Positions 44,645-52,895 of a stretch of 64,000 bases of DNA are shown in pieces. The stretch covers positions 2,373-66,372 of the forward strand of contig JBDTNF010000005.1 in the NCBI GenBank assembly GCA_039933875.1, in the 5' to 3' direction. The notes below the pieces were generated by a model, which worked only from the letters and a program-made list of their open reading frames with translations, did not search any database and was not told where the DNA came from. Each line of letters starts with the position of its first letter. Position 1 is the first letter of the stretch. The position numbers were made by a program, and so were the translations under genes. The DNA comes from Flavobacteriales bacterium. GTDB lineage: Bacteria > Bacteroidota > Bacteroidia > Flavobacteriales_F > PHOS-HE28.

Positions 44645-45514
44645 TCAGCGCAAGACGATGAATGTGGAACCCAGCGCGCGTTCGCCCGCCTTTACTTCGA
44701 TCTTGTACCTGCCTTCCTTCAGACGCTTCTTGGGGATGTATGCCAATCGCACCTGATCCTCGCCCAGTGTGGCCCCTTTCGCACCTGAAGCGAGCATGGC
44801 ACCTGGTCGGCTGTCGACGAACACGTTGACGAGAGAGTCATCGCCCCTGATGATCTGGCCATCGGGATCGGTGATGGTGTAACTCGCTTGTTTGGCCATG
44901 GAAGGTGGAAGGACCATGGAGACCTGCAGCTTGCGCGTCTTCCGGGCAAGCACTGTGAGTTTTTCATGTTTCCCACGGAAAGCCTGTGTAAGGCTCTGGT
45001 CAACTGCTGCCCGGTCAGCGGCCAACCGCTCCATTTCAGCACGTAGCGAAGCGGTTTCCTGCTCCATTGAGAGTTTGTCAGCCTTGGATAAGGTAAGTGC
45101 CGCCTGCACCTCCGCCAATTGCTGCTGAAGTCCGCTGCGCTCTGTTTTCAGGGTCTCGTTCTCCTTGCGCCATTGGGCCGCGTTGGCCTGTGCGTTGCTC
45201 TCCTGTTCCATACGAAGTTGAAGGGCATAAACTTTCTGCTCCGCGAGCACACGTTGATCTTCCTGTTCGGCGGTGGCCGCCTTGCTGGCGCTGAGTTGTT
45301 GCGCCATTCGTTCTGCACGATCGATACTCGACCGTTGCTCGGTCCGTAGTTTCTCAACGGCGCTCAGTTGCCCGTCGAGAGCGACCTGCAATTCCGTGCG
45401 TTCGTGACCGGAGTATACCTGCATCCCGATCGATCCAGCCAGGAGCAAGAGTGCAAGTGGTGCGATGAGCTTGGACCTATCGGCCCAAAATGCTCGTAGT
45501 CTTTTGTCGTTCAT
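44645..45514 (-). CDS. membrane-anchored coiled-coil hypothetical protein
   Basis: The 289 aa product has an N-terminal TM helix. A long Q/E/L/A-rich heptad-like region is followed by a beta-rich C-terminal domain. Confidence 0.65.
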   Translation of the reverse strand: MNDKRLRAFWADRSKLIAPLALLLLAGSIGMQVYSGHERTELQVALDGQLSAVEKLRTEQRSSIDRAERMAQQLSASKAATAEQEDQRVLAEQKVYALQLRMEQESNAQANAAQWRKENETLKTERSGLQQQLAEVQAALTLSKADKLSMEQETASLRAEMERLAADRAAVDQSLTQAFRGKHEKLTVLARKTRKLQVSMVLPPSMAKQASYTITDPDGQIIRGDDSLVNVFVDSRPGAMLASGAKGATLGEDQVRLAYIPKKRLKEGRYKIEVKAGERALGSTFIVLR

Positions 45515-46116
45515 GGCGCTTTCAACGGGGTGGTGTTCGCTGGGATACCGTTATTGCATGAAAAGGCCGTGAAAAAGATCACTTCCCGGAAAGAGCGATG
45601 ACCATCGGCAGGTTGCGATCCCACTATCTGGCGTGCAATGCGGAGCACCGGTCTTGCCCATCACCGAGGGTCGAGGTGGTATGCCCCCGATCCCATTTCC
45701 ATCCTTGCTCGTGTCATCGCGCTCCACACCGCCCCGAACCTTTTCATCGTTTTTTCATGCGGTTCGCTTGGGGCGTTCACGGCAGTGGCTGTGCTTTGTG
45801 GATACGTGAACTTGATCATGACGGCATTGAACGCCACTCCGACCACAACGACACCCGTAGGAAAGTATTCAGCGCGTCCTTGCCTTTCGCACATTCTGGA
45901 GTTTCGCGACGACGCCTTACTTCAGGAACGACGTTCTCAATATGATCGGAGGGCTGCACGGTGGCAAGATCGACGTGATGCCGACTGGTGGGTATTTGAA
46001 CACGGTCCCGCTTAATCTCAGGTGAAAGTGAGGTGTTCCGGTGGTGGGGGAAGTGGGGTCCGCTCTCATGAGGTGGGAGACGGATCCCCTTCTTTCCTGC
46101 TCATCGCTGCCGACGC

Positions 46117-46437
46117 ATGACACGGCTCTTCCTGCTCTACCTGGTCGTTGTAGCCGCGCCATCACTGGTCTATGCGGGTTTTGTTTGGTGGCGTACATGG
46201 TCACGCAACCGCAGGGAGGACCATTGGTGGGACCAATGGAACGATAACGAACCGATCGCCACCCATAGGGAGGATGTGGAGGAGATCCAACCCTTCGGTG
46301 CTACGGAACTGGATCATTCGCGCGATGAACCGGAAGCTGCACGCTTGTTCCGCCACATCGCGTTGCAACGCAGGTCGATACTCGATAACGCCCAGGAATC
46401 GAACGCACAACGTCAAGGTGAATGTGAACGAACATGA
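46117..46437 (+). CDS. small hypothetical membrane protein, translationally coupled to nhaD
   Basis: The 106 aa product has one N-terminal TM helix. Its stop overlaps the nhaD ATG (ATGA at 46434). Confidence 0.45.
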   Translation: MTRLFLLYLVVVAAPSLVYAGFVWWRTWSRNRREDHWWDQWNDNEPIATHREDVEEIQPFGATELDHSRDEPEAARLFRHIALQRRSILDNAQESNAQRQGECERT

Positions 46438-47714
46438 GCACGCTCCTCATCATCGTCTTCGTGCTCGGTTATGTGGCCATCGCGTTCGAGCATACCATCG
46501 GTGTGAACAAGGCCGGTGCGGCTTTGATCACAGGCGTATTATGCTGGACCGTCCTCGCTGTTTTCGCTCATGGGGCCGATCTGTCCGAAACCCTCACCCA
46601 TCACCTGGGCGGGATCGCGGGCATCGCTTTCTTCCTGTTGGGGGCGATGACCATCGTGGAACTGATCGCTGCCAACGATGGCTTCGAACTGATCACTGAA
46701 CGCATCACGGAAACGCGACGAGTGCCACTTCTCTGGACCATCGCCTTGCTGGCCTTCTTCCTCTCGGCCATACTGGACAACCTCACCACCACCATCGTCA
46801 TGGTCACCCTGACGAGGAAGTTGTTCAATGAGCAACGCGATCGCCTGTATTTCGCCTCAGCCGTGGTCATCGCGGCCAATGCCGGTGGCGCCTGGTCCCC
46901 GATCGGCGATGTCACCACCACCATGCTGTGGATCGGCGGGCAGATCAGCGCGCGTGGCGTCATCCTGTCCACGTTCGTGCCCAGTTTGGCGGCCGCGGTG
47001 TTGCCTCTGTGGGCCCTTTCGTTCCGATTCGATGGCCGCATTATGCGCACGGTTCCCGCGGCTACCAATACCGGAACAGTGAGAGCCAGCCCCCACCGCC
47101 GCACCATGCTCCTGCTCGGTATCGGCACCTTGCTTTTCGTGCCGGTCTTCAAGACACTTACACACCTGCCGCCCTACATGGGCATGTTCATAGGCTTGGG
47201 AGTTATGTGGGTCGTTACAGCCATTGTCAATCGCGACAAGAACGGTGAGGAACGGAAGGCCCTGTCCATCACCAGCGCTCTGGAGCGCACCGATACGCCG
47301 AGCCTGCTTTTCTTCGTGGGCATTCTGCTGAGCGTAGCTGCACTGCAACAAGCAGGCGTGCTCATCCACATGGCCGAATGGCTCATGCGCACCCTTCACC
47401 TGTCATCGCTCATCGCATTCAGCATGGGCCTGCTCTCCGCCGTGATCGACAATGTGCCCCTGGTGGCTGCCGTACAGGGCATGTTCACCCTGGACCAGTT
47501 CCCGACGGACCATTCCTTCTGGAGCTTCCTTGCCTATTGCGCTGGAACGGGGGGCAGCGCGCTCATTATCGGGTCGGCGGCAGGGGTGGTGGCCATGGGC
47601 ATCGAGCGCATCACCTTCTTCTGGTACCTCAAGCGCATCAGCGCATACGCACTGCTGGGATATGTGGCCGGTGCCGGAACCTATGTACTGCAAGAACTTC
47701 TGGTCCAAAGATGA
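46434..47714 (+). CDS. nhaD: Na+/H+ antiporter NhaD / ArsB-type ion transporter family
   Basis: The 426 aa polytopic membrane protein starts MSTLLIIVFVLGYVAIAFEH. It contains SAILDNLTTT, SAVIDNVPLVAA and SAAGVV motifs typical of NhaD-like permeases. Confidence 0.85.
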   Translation: MSTLLIIVFVLGYVAIAFEHTIGVNKAGAALITGVLCWTVLAVFAHGADLSETLTHHLGGIAGIAFFLLGAMTIVELIAANDGFELITERITETRRVPLLWTIALLAFFLSAILDNLTTTIVMVTLTRKLFNEQRDRLYFASAVVIAANAGGAWSPIGDVTTTMLWIGGQISARGVILSTFVPSLAAAVLPLWALSFRFDGRIMRTVPAATNTGTVRASPHRRTMLLLGIGTLLFVPVFKTLTHLPPYMGMFIGLGVMWVVTAIVNRDKNGEERKALSITSALERTDTPSLLFFVGILLSVAALQQAGVLIHMAEWLMRTLHLSSLIAFSMGLLSAVIDNVPLVAAVQGMFTLDQFPTDHSFWSFLAYCAGTGGSALIIGSAAGVVAMGIERITFFWYLKRISAYALLGYVAGAGTYVLQELLVQR

Positions 47715-47839
47715 ACGCGTCGGAGATCATGCTGTACGTGGTCATTATCGGGGTGGCGGTGTCCACCTGCGGTTACCTGCTCTACCGCATGGTCATTGGC
47801 ATCCTGAACAACGAGAACGATGAACCCCCTGTGTCATGA
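47711..47839 (+). CDS. 42-aa single-TM micro-protein, translationally coupled on both sides
   Basis: The hand translation is MNASEIMLYVVIIGVAVSTCGYLLYRMVIGILNNENDEPPVS. ATGA overlaps occur at 47711 and 47836. Confidence 0.45.
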   Translation: MNASEIMLYVVIIGVAVSTCGYLLYRMVIGILNNENDEPPVS

Positions 47840-48240
47840 AGCTCACGATCTTTTGTGCGGTATTGAACATGGCGTTCGCTGGTATGGTGAGCGCACAGGC
47901 GACGAATGAGTTCATCGTCATCAGTACACGTGGACAAGTGAGTACTTGGGTGCTTCCGTCCGATTGGGAACCACGGTTCGAAGGCGAATACGTGCGCTTC
48001 ACCGAGCGCGATCGCGTCCGCACGGAGGGCATTGCGGCTATCCGTCCCAAGCGGCCTTCCGAGTTCCCAGATCATCATGTGGTGGAACTCATCTTTCGAA
48101 CGATCACGGGTAAGATCATCACCCAGGCGTTCTGGTTAGCTGATCGATACAAGGCGCTGGACCAAGTGCCTCAGGAGGGAGGTTTTTACCGTATCGACCG
48201 GCAGACATTGGTGCGCGTGGGCAGCGCCACCGTGCAGTAG
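47836..48240 (+). CDS. secreted hypothetical protein (134 aa)
   Basis: The signal peptide is MKLTIFCAVLNMAFAGMVSAQ. No family was recognised. Confidence 0.55.
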   Translation: MKLTIFCAVLNMAFAGMVSAQATNEFIVISTRGQVSTWVLPSDWEPRFEGEYVRFTERDRVRTEGIAAIRPKRPSEFPDHHVVELIFRTITGKIITQAFWLADRYKALDQVPQEGGFYRIDRQTLVRVGSATVQ

Positions 48241-48281
48241 GCCTAGCACATGCCGCGAGAAAGGGGATCCGTTTGTAGCGC

Positions 48282-49298
48282 ATGAGCCGGGTCACACCAT
48301 GCCAACGAAGGAACAGTCGAGCGAATATGGAACGACCATCTGAACGCACACTCAAGGAGCATCACGCCTATTACAGCGCTGATGGGCCATTCGCGGCGAA
48401 CGCGCGGATGTTACAGGGGGTGTGGGCGCGCGCGCAGGGGTTACCACTCGCTGAACGTGCGTTCAAGAACGGCATGCGAAAGTTGGCCCCGCTGTGCAAC
48501 TACGTGGATCCTGAACACGCCCTGCATCAGGGTAGCAATTTTCTAACCGAGGGTATCCGGTGTGTCGTTCGCGAGGAGATGAAGGCGAACGCTGCGCGCA
48601 AAGGACCCGCGCGCAAGGTGTTCCGTGCGGATCGGTTGTACGGTGACCTGCTCAACAGCCAGTCGTTGGCGTTCAACCTCTTCGGCGAGTTGAAGTTGGA
48701 TCTGGAAATGGCCACGCGGGTCTTCAGGTATATGCGCCCCGATCACGTGGATACAGTGATCGGGCTGGAGTTCGAGCATGCCCCACGCCTTGGGGTTGCG
48801 CGTAGTAACGGTGACCGTTCCACGTTTGCCGTGTTCGTCGAATACCTGGGCCCGCGTGGGCGAGGGTTCATCGGCATGGAGGTGAAATACGCGGAGAGCT
48901 TGTCGAGCAAACCGGTTCTCTTCCGGGAACGCTACTGGGAGTTGGCAGAGGCTTCAGGGCAGTTCAGACCTGGTTCTTTGGAAACGTTAAGAACAATGCC
49001 CTTGGGGGTTGAGCAACTGTGGCGCGCGCATCTGTTGTGCCTGGAACTAGGTCCACCTGTGGGTACGACCTACGCCGCAGGATGCTTCATGTTCCTCTAT
49101 CCGCAGGACAATTTCGATTGCCAGATCGCGGTGAACCGCTACCAGAAAATGCTCTCTGGGTCCGACAGCTTCCTTCCGTTCACCATGGAAGAGTATTGCT
49201 GGGCGCTGCGCTCCGTCAAGGCAGGTGACTGGGTGGATGAACTCGTAGGCCGCTACTTATCGTTCTCCCGGAATCTAGTCCCTGTTATCATACGTTGA
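48282..49298 (+). CDS. PD-(D/E)xK nuclease-like hypothetical protein (possible orphan restriction endonuclease)
   Basis: The candidate motif is D (NGDRSTFAVFVEY) ... E-V-K (GFIGMEVKYAE), preceded by SQSLAFNLFGEL. The start could instead be the Met at 48327. Confidence 0.55.
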   Translation: MSRVTPCQRRNSRANMERPSERTLKEHHAYYSADGPFAANARMLQGVWARAQGLPLAERAFKNGMRKLAPLCNYVDPEHALHQGSNFLTEGIRCVVREEMKANAARKGPARKVFRADRLYGDLLNSQSLAFNLFGELKLDLEMATRVFRYMRPDHVDTVIGLEFEHAPRLGVARSNGDRSTFAVFVEYLGPRGRGFIGMEVKYAESLSSKPVLFRERYWELAEASGQFRPGSLETLRTMPLGVEQLWRAHLLCLELGPPVGTTYAAGCFMFLYPQDNFDCQIAVNRYQKMLSGSDSFLPFTMEEYCWALRSVKAGDWVDELVGRYLSFSRNLVPVIIR

Positions 49299-49440
49299 TT
49301 CCAAGAGGGGCGCGGTCGCGAACGCGTGACTCCAACGCACAGGTCAATTCCGTAGGCAAGCCTCTCCCAGTAAAGCCTATCGTCCCACCGCTGCCGGATA
49401 CGCTCCCGGAACTATCCGATAGCCGAAGCGATCAAAATAG

Positions 49441-49469
49441 AAGGGAGGAGCGTTTTCCGCTCCTCCCTT
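49441..49469 (-). terminator. intrinsic terminator downstream of tRNA-Arg
   Basis: The 12-bp stem is aagggaggagcg / cgctcctccctt. On the minus strand it is followed by CTATTTTG. Confidence 0.7.
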
Positions 49470-49473
49470 GCAG

Positions 49474-49545
49474 TGACCCCACCAGGAGTCGAACCTGGAT
49501 CAAGAGTTTAGGAAACTCCTATTCTATCCATTGAACTATGGGGCC
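49474..49545 (-). tRNA. tRNA-Arg (anticodon CCU), CCA not encoded
   Basis: A manual cloverleaf fold gives acceptor GGCCCCA/TGGGGTC, D arm GTTC..GAAT, anticodon arm GGAGT-TTCCTAA-ACTCT and T arm CCAGG-TTCGACT-CCTGG. Total length is 72 nt. Confidence 0.9.
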
Positions 49546-49663
49546 GGGATAGCAGCGGGCGAATTTAGCCGTAGTGAACTCAAGGAGCTGGGGGGCAGGA
49601 GCAGGAACAACGGCATTCTTTGCGCCTGCCCTGCTCCCACCCCTCTACTTTTGGTCGGTCACC

Positions 49664-51160
49664 ATGCACTTCCGCAGGATCCGCTCTCACCTCTTCGTCG
49701 GCCTGCTCGCGTTCGCTGGCGCATGGTTCTGGAACAGCTGGAACATACAAGTATTGCGGCGGGAAATGCCGGATCTGTTGCGCGAAGGTGTTACCGTGGC
49801 CACCACCGACGATGCCAGCTACCTGCGCGCGGTGGAGGATCTGGTGAACCCACCGGCTACCGATCATGTGGAGAAGCCACGCGTGGATCTGCGCGCACCG
49901 GGATATCGGTTGTGGTACCTGCTGCCACGCCTGTTCCTTCCCCCGCCCGGTGCGTTGCGGGCGCTTGTGGTGGTGCAATGCCTGCTTTTCGCCTGTTCGG
50001 TGATGCTGCTCTGGGAAGTGCTCCTCGTGTTCGGTATCGCCCCCATTGTGCGTTGGACGTGCACGCTGTTGATCGCGTTGATGCCCACCTTCCACGGCTT
50101 CCTCTTCTACACGCTCACCGAGTCGGTGACACCAGCGCTCGTGCTGGGCACGGTCTGTTGCGCGCTGCTTGGCAAGCGGCCCCAGGGGAATGGCTGGCTC
50201 GTGGCGGCTGTAGTGCTCTGGTCGCTGCTCATGGTAACGCGGCCGGTATTGACGTGGGCGGGCTTGCCGTTGTTGCAGGCGCTTTGGTCACGCTACACCG
50301 ACCGGGCCGCCTTGCTGCGGATCGTCGGTATGTGCGTGCTCGCTTTTGTGCCCACCGGGATCTGGTGGGCGTACAACATGACGATCGCGGGTGGCTATGT
50401 GGGCCTGCATCCGATCTACCGGGCGGACGAGCCAGGCATCAACCGGCCCACGCACGAAGCGTTCTGGGAACTGGCGAAAAGCTGGGGCATTGCCGGGGAC
50501 ACCTTCCACAGCGTCATGGAGCCCGCCTTCCAGAACGCGCTCACGGGTGACACTTCGCGTGCGTACGCGGAACAATTCGTTGACACCGCGCCATCCGGGG
50601 AACTCACACCAACGCAACGCGCGGCGATCATCGCGGAGTTCAATGCCTGGCAGCACTTCACCAGCGCCATCCTCGCTCCCGCATTGGCCAGGCCGGAGCG
50701 CGCATTGGGACCGCAACCCGAAGAACAGGTGATCATTGATCGCGTGGCCGCGATCACAGGCGCCTACCGAAGCGACCACGCATGGCACTATCACGTGATC
50801 GTGCCGTTGAGCGTGCTGCGGAAACTCGTGGCGCATTCCAACCTCAACCTGTTCCTCTTCCAACACACCTTGCGCGGGCGGCCATGGATGGAAGCGTTGC
50901 GCTGGTGCTCGGCCATGGTGCATGTGCTGCTCCTGCTTAGCGTATCGCTCGCCCTGTTCTGGCGCATCGACCCTACGGTGCGAAGCGCGGCACTGGGTGC
51001 GGCTGCCTATCTGCTCTACCTCGCCTACGTGCAACGCGGCGTGGAGGAACGGTATACACTTCCCGTGCTGCATATGTCCTTGCTGTGTGCCGCGTTCGTG
51101 TGCGATGCCGGGGCCCGTTGGTGGGTTGCATGGCGTGCGTCGCCCCCCACGAACAGCTGA
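49664..51160 (+). CDS. multi-pass membrane protein, possibly GT-C-fold glycosyltransferase-like
   Basis: ORF 49574..51160 was trimmed to the Met at 49664 so that it clears the tRNA. Many TM helices are present. An early-loop TTDDASYL motif is reminiscent of GT-C enzymes. The functional call is weak. Confidence 0.6.
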   Translation: MHFRRIRSHLFVGLLAFAGAWFWNSWNIQVLRREMPDLLREGVTVATTDDASYLRAVEDLVNPPATDHVEKPRVDLRAPGYRLWYLLPRLFLPPPGALRALVVVQCLLFACSVMLLWEVLLVFGIAPIVRWTCTLLIALMPTFHGFLFYTLTESVTPALVLGTVCCALLGKRPQGNGWLVAAVVLWSLLMVTRPVLTWAGLPLLQALWSRYTDRAALLRIVGMCVLAFVPTGIWWAYNMTIAGGYVGLHPIYRADEPGINRPTHEAFWELAKSWGIAGDTFHSVMEPAFQNALTGDTSRAYAEQFVDTAPSGELTPTQRAAIIAEFNAWQHFTSAILAPALARPERALGPQPEEQVIIDRVAAITGAYRSDHAWHYHVIVPLSVLRKLVAHSNLNLFLFQHTLRGRPWMEALRWCSAMVHVLLLLSVSLALFWRIDPTVRSAALGAAAYLLYLAYVQRGVEERYTLPVLHMSLLCAAFVCDAGARWWVAWRASPPTNS

Positions 51161-51250
51161 TCGTGGACCCGTTGTGCACATCGTGTGCATGCAGGATCTT
51201 GGCCGACACCCGCCGAACACCTAGTTTTCCATACCCAACCCCAACCAACC

Positions 51251-52792
51251 ATGCGCCGCATCCTTACCCTTCTCGGGCTCGTCCTCCTGATCGCCTGCCG
51301 CAAGGAGGAACTCGCACCCGTCTCCGACGGTGCCCAAGGTCCGGTACTGCAGGAACGCAGCGATCCTTCGCCCGCACCCATTGGCGATCCGCTCTCGCAG
51401 GAGTCGCTGGACCGGGCAGTGATCGCCACGCTGGAGCAACGCAACGACTTCCATTGGGAATGGATGGACCTGCGGACCTTGTGGAGCGCTGTGCAATACA
51501 ATGACCACAGCCTGGCCATCGGCTACCAGCCCGCGCAAATGGGCGACATCAGCGACATCATCCACACCATCGACATCAAGAAGCCTGAATGGCGGGCCGT
51601 GCATGATGCGTTGATCGACTTGGTCCTGGCCGAACTGAACGGCACGAAAGGCGCACCTGTCACCTTGCGCGACATCCTTGTGGAGGATGATCCCGTGCTG
51701 CCGATCCTTACGCTGCGCATCACTGACAAGAACGTGATCACACGCCTGCACAACCTGCGCAACGTGCGCTACCTGGAGCCACTGGATTACTGGCCGGCGG
51801 TGGCGAACGACGAGCGTAGCACCTCGGGCTGCAGCCCATCAACCTACGCACTGAACGCGGCGGACTACACCACCATCACGCCGAACGCCAAACTGCCCTG
51901 GAACTTCAACAACCACGGGATCCCTGCCGCGTGGGCTGTTTCGCAAGGCCAGGGCATCACCGTCGGTGTGATCGACGGAGGCATCAGCGCTTCACAGTCA
52001 CTGCTCGGCAGTGATTTCAACAACGGCGACAGCAACGTGGGCCGCACCATCACCACGGGTGCAACACTGGGCACTTCCGCTTACACGACCTGCTCGCACG
52101 GCAACAGCATGTGCGGCCTCGCCACGGGTCCGCGCAACAACAGCGGGGCCACCACCGGCGTCGCGTACAAGAGCAACCTCCGGTTCATCCGTGCCTGCGA
52201 GGATGTGCTGCTCGACGCGAGCAGCGAGAAGACCGCCGTGAAGAACGCGTTGATCGCCATGGGCAACGACCCGGCTGTGCGTGTGATCAGCATGAGCATC
52301 GGTGCACCCTTCGCGAGCGGCGTGCTGGAGGATGGTGTGAACTACGCGTACGGCACCGGCAAGATGATCATGGCCGCGGCGGGCACCAGCTTCAGTTGGA
52401 CCAGCTGGTGGGGCGTGATCTATCCAGCGGCGCTCACCAAGTGCGTGGCCGTGACCGGTGTGAAGGAGAACGGCAGCAAATGCGCCAGTTGCCACGACGG
52501 CTCGCAGGTGGACCTCACCATCTGCATGGAACGCACCAGCAACAGCTCACGCAATTCGCTTTCGCTCGCACCGAGCGGGTATGCCCCAAGCTATATCGGT
52601 GGCAGCAGCGCGGCGACATCGACGGCCGCAGGCATAGCAGCGGTGGTGTGGAGCGTGAGGCCCACCGCCACGCGCGAGCAGATCTTGCAGTGCTTGAAGA
52701 GCACCGCGCAGTTCGCTGCCAGCCCGAGCAGCAGCAAGGGCTATGGCAACATCAACGCGGGTCCCGCGGTGAACTGCGCGCTGGCGCTGTAG
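51251..52792 (+). CDS. S8 family (subtilisin-like) serine peptidase lipoprotein
   Basis: ORF trimmed to MRRILTLLGLVLLIAC, a lipobox-like signal. The putative catalytic triad contexts are VGVIDGGIS (Asp), SHGNSMCGL (His) and GGSSAATSTAAG (Ser). Confidence 0.8.
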   Translation: MRRILTLLGLVLLIACRKEELAPVSDGAQGPVLQERSDPSPAPIGDPLSQESLDRAVIATLEQRNDFHWEWMDLRTLWSAVQYNDHSLAIGYQPAQMGDISDIIHTIDIKKPEWRAVHDALIDLVLAELNGTKGAPVTLRDILVEDDPVLPILTLRITDKNVITRLHNLRNVRYLEPLDYWPAVANDERSTSGCSPSTYALNAADYTTITPNAKLPWNFNNHGIPAAWAVSQGQGITVGVIDGGISASQSLLGSDFNNGDSNVGRTITTGATLGTSAYTTCSHGNSMCGLATGPRNNSGATTGVAYKSNLRFIRACEDVLLDASSEKTAVKNALIAMGNDPAVRVISMSIGAPFASGVLEDGVNYAYGTGKMIMAAAGTSFSWTSWWGVIYPAALTKCVAVTGVKENGSKCASCHDGSQVDLTICMERTSNSSRNSLSLAPSGYAPSYIGGSSAATSTAAGIAAVVWSVRPTATREQILQCLKSTAQFAASPSSSKGYGNINAGPAVNCALAL

Positions 52793-52895
52793 CCAGAAGC
52801 AGGGGCAGGGGCAATTCGCATTGCTTGCGCCTGCCCCGCCCCTTGAGCTCCCCGCACCTCGGTACCTTCACGCCCCCCAAACTTGGGTAGGGTAA

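Noticed and set aside
45598-46015. ORFs 45598..45945 and 45638..46015 (+) and 45661..45894 (-) as real genes in the 600-bp gap.
   Set aside because: They overlap each other in different frames, have no motifs or plausible signal or TM logic, and are Cys/His/Arg-rich. The gap is left as unexplained sequence rather than annotated.
52793-52860. A G/C-rich inverted repeat after the S8 peptidase gene (aggggcaggggca...cctgccccgcccct) as a terminator.
   Set aside because: The arms pair only imperfectly and with a shift, the loop is about 20 nt, and no T-tract follows. The support is too weak to list it as a feature.
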